Source: an uncultured Acidobacteriota bacterium (lineage in GTDB: Bacteria > Acidobacteriota > Thermoanaerobaculia > Multivoradales > UBA5704). Taken from it: a stretch of DNA of 64,000 nucleotides. Below the pieces are notes generated by a model. It saw nothing but the letters and a program-made list of their open reading frames with translations. It was not told the DNA's origin and made no database searches. Position numbers and translations under genes: made by a program. Shown one piece after another: positions 1-8,437 of the stretch (positions within the stretch are counted from its first letter, which is position 1; every line of letters begins with the position of its first letter). The stretch covers positions 1,344,001 through 1,408,000 of the forward strand of contig CAVYRF010000002.1 in assembly GCA_963770895.1 (NCBI GenBank), written 5' to 3'.

Positions 1-381
1 GAATCCGGTTGAAGTCCGCATCGGATCGGACGTGCGCCACCTCTTCCGCGGCTTCATGGTCTGGAACAGCGAGGTCGGCCACCACCGCTTAGGCATCCTC
101 ACCTTCCTCTACGATTTCGTCTGCGACAACCGCATGGTGCACGGCGCGCGGGAGGTGAAGGAGCTCTCCATCCGCCACACCAAGAACGGCCCGTACCGCT
201 TCGCGAGGGAGGCGCGCCCCATGCTTCAGGCTTACGCCGAGGCGTCGGTCTCCCAAGTCGAGAGCGAACTTCAGCGGGCAACCGAAACAATGGCGGGACG
301 GCGCTCGCGCGGTCGATCCCGCATGCGGACCAGCGGGTTTCCTTCGAGCGCAAGGTGAGTTCGTTGCTCCGGGCTGCATAG
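1..381 (+). pseudogene. DUF932-like mobile-element protein, 3' part, internally deleted and frameshifted
   Basis: One frame reads RGFMVWNSEVG...FLYDFVCDNRMVHG...IRHT (DUF932-like motifs). Near 297 the natural-looking C-terminus ALARSIPHADQRVSFERKVSSLLRAA* continues in another frame and ends at TAG 379-381. The 5' end lies outside the window. Confidence 0.6.
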
Positions 382-387
382 CCCAAG

Positions 388-416
388 AGCCCCTCCACTG
401 GAGGGGCTTGTCTTGT
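388..416 (+). terminator. Putative intrinsic terminator hairpin
   Basis: Inverted repeat AGCCCCTCCA-C-TGGAGGGGCT (388-408) followed by TGTCTTGT, 6 nt after the DUF932 stop. Confidence 0.45.
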
Positions 417-506
417 GGTAACATGGCGGTAACGGCGCACAAGAAACCAATAAAGTGGGGGCGCACACTACAAGCTATCTGAGCAGACTCTTTTGGAGAA
501 GTACCA

Positions 507-938
507 ATGGATGACATGGGTAACACATTGCAGAATGCTCGCCGGAGTTGGGACGAGCCATGGGGATGGTTCACATTTGAAGAGGGTAACCGGGTCATAC
601 ATCTGCTTCTCCGGCGCAGCGATCCCGTTGCCCAGAGGCTAGACGAGGCTCGGCATCGAGGTGAACCTTTAGGAGGCAAATACTCCGCCCGCCTGGACCC
701 TCCCCACACCCCGATGGGTCAACAGCACCTGCACCTCTTCGCCAATGGCAATCAACTCTGCGCCTTGAATGTAGACGGCACGGCTCACGACCGAAGCCAT
801 AGCGTCCAAATCCCTCGGAGGGCTGCAGCAGGGATTACTAGGCGCTTTCCGCAGTTCCTCCTACCCTCGGACAATCTAATCGAGGCTTTTGATGTGAGAT
901 CCGCAGATGACGTCAAAGCGCTCCTCGAATCGCTCTAA
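507..938 (+). CDS. Hypothetical His-rich protein (QQHLH, DGTAHD motifs), 143 aa
   Basis: Intact ORF, GGAG Shine-Dalgarno upstream, lower GC than host, overlaps the next gene by 32 nt. Confidence 0.75.
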   Translation: MDDMGNTLQNARRSWDEPWGWFTFEEGNRVIHLLLRRSDPVAQRLDEARHRGEPLGGKYSARLDPPHTPMGQQHLHLFANGNQLCALNVDGTAHDRSHSVQIPRRAAAGITRRFPQFLLPSDNLIEAFDVRSADDVKALLESL

Positions 939-2622
939 GCGGCGGCCGAATGCTCCGAGAAAGGCGCAGCAAGTGCGACAGAGAAAGACAGCTCCATCTA
1001 CAGCACCTCCGGCAGCTCATAACGCGGGAGTGGTTTGGACGCCGACCTGGCTTGCCTCTTTAAGTGAAGCTGATCTCCGCACACAGGTGCTCATACCGTT
1101 GTTTGAGGCAATGGGCTATCAAGGGGTTTACCACCATCACGGCGGAGCGTCCGAACTCGGCAAAGACCTCGTCATGTGGAAGGATGACCCAGCCATCGGC
1201 CGCTCCTATTATGGCGTGGTTGCCAAAGCCGGTGACATAAAAGGTGGCGTGACATCATCAGCCATACAGACAGTACTAATTCAGATTCGCCAAAGCTTTG
1301 GCAAACCGTACACAGACCCTCATTCGGGCGAGGAAAGAGCCATCACAACATGCTTTGTGGTCACATCGGCAGGCTTTCCAAAGGAGGCCCGGGATAGCAT
1401 TCGCGCAGACCTGGGCGACGCACATAGGCATGTAACATTTCACGATGGCGCATCACTTTGGAAATTGGTGGAGACTTATCTCTCAGGCAGATTGCTGCCT
1501 CACTACCTTGAGTCGGCGGCCAAGCTTCTTAACGACACTCATCCTGACTGGGCAATTGATGTTCATATAGTTGGTCGAGATATCTCACTCGAGCTGGCGC
1601 CAAAGACCCCCGACGCGCCACCCCTTGCTTGGTCGTTAGTCCCGCGCTTTCCGAACACGCAAGAAGGTCTGGCCGCAAAAGAAGCGTACAAAGAACATCT
1701 CGCCGTTGGCTCCGAGGTAACGCTTGACGGCTCCATGATCGAACGCTTCACCGCGCCTGAGTTTCTCCAACACTTGCACCCACACCCGATCACATCTCTA
1801 ACACTCTTTACCCGCTTTATTCTTCCAAAACCGCTAGTCGTTAATTTTGTCATTCAGTCGCGAGATAGTGCGCAGGTGTTCGAAATATCAGGAATCACCC
1901 TATCTACAGGTCAGCGCGGAGAACTGGAGACCAGCATAAATAATGAATCTCAATATACGCCCTTCAGGTTCAGGCTTCGCTTCCCGAAAAGCGGGAACGG
2001 CAGTTTTTCGCTCAGATTCGACCTGGATGGGCACAATATATATCGCCTCTGGCAAGCCATTCAAGCACTGACCCTCCTGGCCACAGGCGCGGACATCTTC
2101 TTCGTCGACGCAGAGACCGGTCGACACCTTCTCGGTGGACAGCCGGAAACTGATTTTAAGGCGCCATCTGAAGAGTTCGCCGCAAGCGTTGGAAAACTAC
2201 TAACCATTCAAGAGTTGACTGCTACTAACTTTCAGATTCCAGACCATAGTCCCACCGCGGATGAACTCTTAGAAGTTGAGTATGCCTATATTGCGCTTAC
2301 AGTGGGGCACTGCCCCGTAACAGAACTCGGCCTTTCGGTACCAGCCAAGGATGCACAGAACATTCTGGTCTCCCACGAGAAAGAGGGCGCCACTTTTTTG
2401 ATGTCACAAGAGGACAGAGTAATATCGGTTTTTGGGCAAGAAATACATCTCGGCCCCGTGGAAGTAAGGTGCAAAAGAGCGACAATCCATCCCGACGACC
2501 TGCCGGCGCTGACTAGCAACACAAACGACGATGAGAATATCCTCTTTAGGATGATTCCTCTTGGGAGCGAAGCCATGGAAGCGTTTTTTCTGAATTGGCC
2601 CAAGCCGGGACACAACCCCTGA
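907..2622 (+). CDS. Mrr-like/PD-(D/E)xK restriction-endonuclease domain fused to an uncharacterised ~380-aa C-terminal region
   Basis: N-terminal SEADLRTQVLIPLFEAMGY...ELGKDLV...GVVAK...VVTS...FHDGASL follows the Mrr-type nuclease pattern; intact 571-aa ORF with lower GC. Confidence 0.75.
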   Translation: MTSKRSSNRSKRRPNAPRKAQQVRQRKTAPSTAPPAAHNAGVVWTPTWLASLSEADLRTQVLIPLFEAMGYQGVYHHHGGASELGKDLVMWKDDPAIGRSYYGVVAKAGDIKGGVTSSAIQTVLIQIRQSFGKPYTDPHSGEERAITTCFVVTSAGFPKEARDSIRADLGDAHRHVTFHDGASLWKLVETYLSGRLLPHYLESAAKLLNDTHPDWAIDVHIVGRDISLELAPKTPDAPPLAWSLVPRFPNTQEGLAAKEAYKEHLAVGSEVTLDGSMIERFTAPEFLQHLHPHPITSLTLFTRFILPKPLVVNFVIQSRDSAQVFEISGITLSTGQRGELETSINNESQYTPFRFRLRFPKSGNGSFSLRFDLDGHNIYRLWQAIQALTLLATGADIFFVDAETGRHLLGGQPETDFKAPSEEFAASVGKLLTIQELTATNFQIPDHSPTADELLEVEYAYIALTVGHCPVTELGLSVPAKDAQNILVSHEKEGATFLMSQEDRVISVFGQEIHLGPVEVRCKRATIHPDDLPALTSNTNDDENILFRMIPLGSEAMEAFFLNWPKPGHNP

Positions 2623-3239
2623 ATCGTTGCGCACGGTTTCGCAAGCAAGAACAGCCCCACACGTTTCTGTGCAGGGCTATTCTGCACCAGCTGTCTCGCC
2701 TTTACGGATTGTCCTCAAGCTCCAGGAGCTTGGCGATCATTCTTTGTGCATTGGCCCCTGACCGAGAGTCCTCTCGTTGTGGGTCACGCAAAGCAACAGA
2801 CAGCCAATTTGCAATGACCTGGTAGCGCTTCGACAGCTTAACCTCAACGTTTTTCCGAAGTACGGTGCAGTTCGAAACGACTTCCGCGACGAGAAGGCGC
2901 TTTTCCTCCGGCAGCGCCATCTCGTAGCTTTAACAGAGCGCTCTTTGCCAGTTCGAAAAACTCGCCGAGGCGTTTTGGGGCCGGCCTTTCGGCGTCATCC
3001 CTCTGGGCTGTTTTCTGGTCAAGGAGCGAGCGCTGCTCTTCGAGGAGTCCGAGCTTGTGCGGATTCCGGCGAAGGCGACCACCTGTTCCGACGCAAGGCG
3101 ACCAGTCTGGTCGGAGCGAAGCGACGAAGAGGCTCAGGTTGGGTTCAAGGTAGTACCTCGCCGTAGCCCGTCTTTCCGCTGAAATCCAAATCTGGCAGGG
3201 TTGTGCTCCGAGAGGAGGACGACCATGGACGAGTTGGCA

Positions 3240-3831
3240 CGGCGGTTTCGCCATCAGGTTCCCCTTGGTCGGGCGCCTTTCCTCCATCCCCTCCGCCGGT
3301 TGGTGAGCATCGGTCGCTTCCACCGTAGGCCTCCCCTTGTCTGTTTCCGGCGTTTCCGCCTTCGTGCCCGCATAGGGTCGGCCATAGCCGCGTTTCCTCC
3401 ACTCTCGCTCGTTGTTCGGGGACTTCGTAGGTAGTACGCGCCCGTCTGACTTCCCGAGTCTGTTCATCGCTGGCTTCTGTCCGTAGACTTCCCAGCACGA
3501 CCCGTGGCACCATCTGCCCAGGGTGGACCCGGGATCTCCCGGTTCTCGCGTGAGATGGTTCTGTACATGCTCGAGGCCTCTGACCACGCGGGGTCCGTGC
3601 CCTTCTTGCCATACCGAAGGACCCGATGTTGCCTTCCGCCCGAGAGAACGGCGTCGGCACCCCGGACGACAAGCTTTTCGAGGCTCAATACTCGGCCTGT
3701 ACATACCCCTGTCAACGCTTCACGCCCGGCCTCACGACCGTCCGTGCATGACTCGGGGCCAGCATGGCTGGCTATGCCTTTGCTGTACGGCTCTTCCATC
3801 CGCTCCACCTCACCGGTTTATCCCGGCGCAC
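3240..3831 (-). mobile_element. Group II intron 5' fragment (roughly domains I-III; no RT ORF, no domain V/VI)
   Basis: Begins GTGCGCCGGG at 3831. Contains the typical segments GAACCGGGAG, GGAAGTCAGACGGG...CGAAG and GCGGAG...GGAGGAAAGG...AAGGGGAAC. EBS1 TCTCTCG (3641-3647) is complementary to the exon end CGAGAGA. Left boundary approximate. Confidence 0.85.
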
Positions 3832-3871
3832 TCTCTCGAATCTTCCTCATGCTCACTCTCCGTGCTGGCAT
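3832..3871 (-). pseudogene. istA: istA transposase N-terminal 13 codons, interrupted by the intron
   Basis: AGGAG RBS then ATG 3871 reading MPARRVSMRKIRE, a typical IstA N-terminus, ending at the intron's GTGCG. Confidence 0.75.
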
Positions 3872-4812
3872 CTCGACTCCTGATCGTCAAACGACCAGGA
3901 TGCCAGAGGTTTGTGAGCCCCTCCAAACGCTTATCGCGCATGCACTTACGGCGCATCGCGACCGGCATTCCGGGGAAGGCGACCACCCTTCCGGGCTTGG
4001 CGACCACTCTTCCGGCGGTCACACCAAAACCGGTCGTCTTCCCGTCGGAATCACTGGTCGCCTTCCGCCCGGAACGGTGGTCGCCTTCGACCCGGAATCG
4101 GTGGTCGCCTTCGACCGGATTACGCACGAGCTTGCGGCCTTCGAAGATTTCTTTCTCGATCGTGCCGTCAAGGAAGGCATCGGTGAGGCGCATGAGACGG
4201 CTCTCGACCAGCCCTTTTCGGCAAGCGCGAGAGAAAGGCTATCCAGGGTGAAGGCACCGGTTGCGTATGCTTCGAATGCCCATCTGATGAGCGGCCCATG
4301 TACCGGATCGATCTCCTTGGCCTTGCCTCTGCCGCGGTCGAGATAGCCGAGCGGAGCTTTCAGCGGATAGAGCCCCTGCTTCAGGCGGCCGTAGAATCCC
4401 TTGATGGTCTCTTCCCGAAGATTGCGGATGTAGTCCACGGCGACAACGGCCTGCACGTCGGCGGCCAGGCGGTCGTCGCGCGTCTCGATCCTGCGGTTCT
4501 CGCTTGCAATGTGGATCTCTACGCCCTCATCCATGAGGTCGTTCATGTCTGCCCAATCGAAGAAGTTCCGCGCACTGCGGTCTATCTTGTGGACGATCAC
4601 CCCTGCCGCGCCGGCTTTCCGGCGCTCGCGAAGCATCCGCTCGAAGACTCGCCGGCCGCGCTTTGCGGCCGTGACCTGATCCTCGTACCAGCGGTCAACA
4701 GCGAGATTATGCCGTCGAGCGTACTGCTCGATCGCGGTTCGCTGCTCTTGAAGCGAGACGCCTGTCTGCCCCTGCTTGGGCGTCGATACGCGTATATAGC
4801 CAAAGTAATGCT

Positions 4813-5049
4813 TCATGGCTTTTCATATTGATTTGTAAACGACCTTTCTGCGGCCATGGTAGGTTCTGAAGCGTCCGTTGTCAAAGCGCGAAGGGCGGCA
4901 AGGCGCTCGGGATCTGCCTCAATCGCCTCATATATTGTGAGGACGATCGCCAAATACCGCACCAATCCTTCGACGGCACTGTCTGTGTCTTCTCCCAGGA
5001 CAGGACTCAAGCGCTGTCGCAACTCGCGGAGCGCCTCGGTTTCTTTTGA

Positions 5050-5061
<12 letters not shown>
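4813..5061 (-). CDS. Small hypothetical protein translationally coupled to the serine recombinase
   Basis: 82 aa from ATG 5061, ATGA overlap with the recombinase start, TACACT box 6 nt upstream. Confidence 0.55.
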
Positions 5062-6440
<1,379 letters not shown>

Positions 6441-6505
6441 GCGGAGACCGACAGGACGCCTCATTCTAGAGGCGCCCGCTACGAGAGTCAAAATGACTGG
6501 CTGAA

Positions 6506-7041
6506 TGAGACGCCGTCTCCGACCTGGGCTTCTCGCATGGTGCCGGCGTCCCCCTTGTGCCGATCCGAATTGGCGTGGCGAAACCCGCCCTCGGGGGACA
6601 CCGGCGGGGCGCTTGCTCCCAGCGTCCGCGACGGGCGCCGGCAGGGGTTCGCGCGTCCCGAAGGATTGCCGGGCGCCCGATCTACGGCCGGCCCAACGCG
6701 AACACCGCGGTCGCGAGCCGGGCGCCCCGCACTTGCTTGCGGACAAGCCGGCCTGGCTTCGGCGCCCGCCTCAACCGTGGGGAGGAAGCCCCCCGCCGAG
6801 GTCCCCGCGAGTCAGCAACTCCGCCTCCTTCCGCAACGCCGCCGCGGGGACCTCGGCGTAAAGGATTTGAGACTCCCTCTCCCACCTGGTCTTCTCGAAG
6901 GGGTGCCGGCGTCCCCCTTGTGCCGATCCGAATCGGCGTGGCGAAACCCGCCCTCGGGGGACACCGGCGGGGTGCTTGCTCCCAGCGTCCGCGACGGGCG
7001 CCGGCAGGGGTTCGCGCGCCCAGAAGAATTGCCGGGCGCCC
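6506..7041 (+). repeat. Two ~173-bp imperfect direct repeats (6506-6678, 6868-7041) flanking a 16-bp-stem hairpin (6794-6858)
   Basis: GGTGCCGGCGTCCCCCTTGTGCCGATCCGAAT...TTGCCGGGCGCCCG occurs twice; CGCCGAGGTCCCCGCG and CGCGGGGACCTCGGCG form a perfect inverted repeat between the copies. Confidence 0.9.
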
Positions 7042-7141
7042 GGCGCACGCAGCACACAGCGTACGCGAAGGCAATACAGACCTAAGTGTGAAAAACGCCG
7101 CACAGCTGTCGCCGGTGCGGCCCTAGAATCGCCGCGGGCCT

Positions 7142-7181
7142 CCGGACCTCATCCGGCAGGCGGATGCCGGATGAGGTCCGG
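7142..7181. promoter_or_regulatory. Perfect 17-bp-stem hairpin directly upstream of the peptide RBS
   Basis: CCGGACCTCATCCGGCA-ggcgga-TGCCGGATGAGGTCCGG; TAGAAT box at 7124-7129 upstream, AAGGAG at 7184-7189 downstream. Confidence 0.6.
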
Positions 7182-7196
7182 CAAAGGAGAGCGAAC

Positions 7197-7382
7197 ATGC
7201 GCAAGAGTGCTCGGAAGTTCCGGCTGCATCGTGAATCGCTGCGCCGGCTGGATCCGGCGGCCTTGGGGCAGATGGTCGGCGGCATCAAGGCCACCGGGGT
7301 TCCGACCGCCTGCGACGCGGCATCGGGGTGTGCTTACAGTCTTTGTCGCAACTACCTTTCCGTCTGTAACAACCTCTGCTGA
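7197..7382 (+). CDS. Putative RiPP (lanthipeptide-like) precursor peptide 1, double-Gly leader
   Basis: AAGGAG RBS; MRKSARKFRLHRESLRRLDPAALGQMVGG|IKATGVPTACDAASGCAYSLCRNYLSVCNNLC. Confidence 0.75.
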   Translation: MRKSARKFRLHRESLRRLDPAALGQMVGGIKATGVPTACDAASGCAYSLCRNYLSVCNNLC

Positions 7383-7571
7383 TCGACGCCCCTGCGGGCG
7401 CGCCCGCCGCTTCGCCGCAGGGCGAGCGGCTGGGCCAGGGCGCCGGCGTTGCCGCGCCGGGCGGGGCGGCAACGCCGGGCGTCCATCCAGCAGCGACAGC
7501 TACGGCGGCCGGCGGCGCGGCAGGTCAGCGTGCGGCGCCACCGGCGCAACGGTCACAGCCGGCCCGCCGGC

Positions 7572-7763
7572 TCAAGCGTTGGTGACCGGCTCGGGGCAGG
7601 GCTTCTGGGTGAACTGCGGGCACCAGGCGGGCGTCGACGGGCAGCCGTCGACGACGGACGGGTTGGTGGTGGTGATGACGGCGCCGCCCGCCGGCAGGCG
7701 GAGATCGGCGGCCACATGCAGGCAGCGGAGGGTTTCACGGCTGAGATTGAGCTTCTTTTTCAT
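7572..7763 (-). CDS. Putative RiPP (lanthipeptide-like) precursor peptide 2, double-Gly leader
   Basis: AAGGGAG RBS; MKKKLNLSRETLRCLHVAADLRLPAGG|AVITTTNPSVVDGCPSTPAWCPQFTQKPCPEPVTNA. Confidence 0.75.
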   Translation of the reverse strand: MKKKLNLSRETLRCLHVAADLRLPAGGAVITTTNPSVVDGCPSTPAWCPQFTQKPCPEPVTNA

Positions 7764-7977
7764 CGTCGTCTCCCTTTCGACCAGGCTTTGACACTGCGGT
7801 TCTGTTCTCTAGTGTGCAGGCGCCGGTAACGGCCGGGACGCTGGGGCGGGCGCTCCCGCTGGGGGGCAGAGAGACGAACGCTCCGCCTGCAGCCCCGCCG
7901 GCAGGACCCGGCGGTCGCAAGGACCGGGGACCCGGCGGGGGGGTGGCAGGGCAGCTGGAGGAGGGCCGGGCCGGGAG

Positions 7978-8361
7978 CTACTCGAAAGCGGCGGCGACCA
8001 GCTTGGGGGGGCCGCCGGCGGCGGCCAGTTCTGCGACCAGGACGGTTTCGTTGCTGCCGAAATCGTTGGGCGCGAAGGTGACCTTGACGGTCTTGGCATC
8101 GGCGACCTGGGGTTGGCCGGCCGGAGTGTTGAAAAAGATGCCTTCGTACTCGAAGTTGAACTTGCAGGCGTCGATCTGGATCGGCCGGTCGCATTCGAGG
8201 CGCACGGTGCGCGCGGAGAACGGGACGTTGGTCGCCAGGCGGACGCGCAGGATGTCCACGGGCGAGCCCTGGTGGTCCCTGCGATCAAGCTCTTCGGATT
8301 CGCTCTTGAGGCGGGGTTGGGCCTGTGTGCCGGCGGACCCCGGCGGGTTTCTCCAGGTCAT
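7978..8361 (-). CDS. Hypothetical protein, beta-rich, 127 aa
   Basis: Host-like codon usage, protein-like composition, TATACT box 6 nt upstream of ATG 8361. Confidence 0.7.
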   Translation of the reverse strand: MTWRNPPGSAGTQAQPRLKSESEELDRRDHQGSPVDILRVRLATNVPFSARTVRLECDRPIQIDACKFNFEYEGIFFNTPAGQPQVADAKTVKVTFAPNDFGSNETVLVAELAAAGGPPKLVAAAFE

Positions 8362-8437
8362 GGGCCGAGTATACACGAGGCCTCAAACGTGCAGGATAGA
8401 CTGTTGGCTGGCCGAAGCCGAGGGAGGGTTTGCGACG

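Larger units (their letters stand above)
3058..4126 (-). mobile_element. IS21-family remnant, internally deleted
   Basis: Imperfect terminal inverted repeats TGCGGATTCCGG / TGCGTAATCCGG, multiple subterminal AAGGCGACCA repeats, flanking direct repeat CGAGCTTG at 3050-3057 and 4127-4134, and an istA-like start. Confidence 0.85.
2702..4816 (-). pseudogene. Large serine recombinase, disrupted
   Basis: Catalytic YIRVS, KIDRSAR and APLGY motifs in 4816-4210. A deletion/frameshift near 4210 jumps to the coiled-coil segment RLTDAFLDGTIEKEIFEGRK. An IS occupies 3058-4126, the frame resumes KLGLLEEQR at 3057, an extra base lies at 2929-2931, and the tail ends at 2702. Confidence 0.85.

Noticed and set aside
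289-296. AATGGCGG as the second att copy of the tRNA-Ser 3' end
   Set aside because: Only 8 bp match 6346-6353 and the site lies inside the DUF932-like gene; the true island end is probably left of the window.
2844-4346. ORFs 2844-3704(-), 3504-4346(+) and 3523-4251(+) as a reverse transcriptase or transposase
   Set aside because: No RT (YADD) or DDE motifs; they are chance frames across intron RNA and IS ends.
6506-7041. Possible CRISPR array
   Set aside because: Only two long (~173 bp) units, no 25-45 bp repeat/spacer periodicity and no cas genes.
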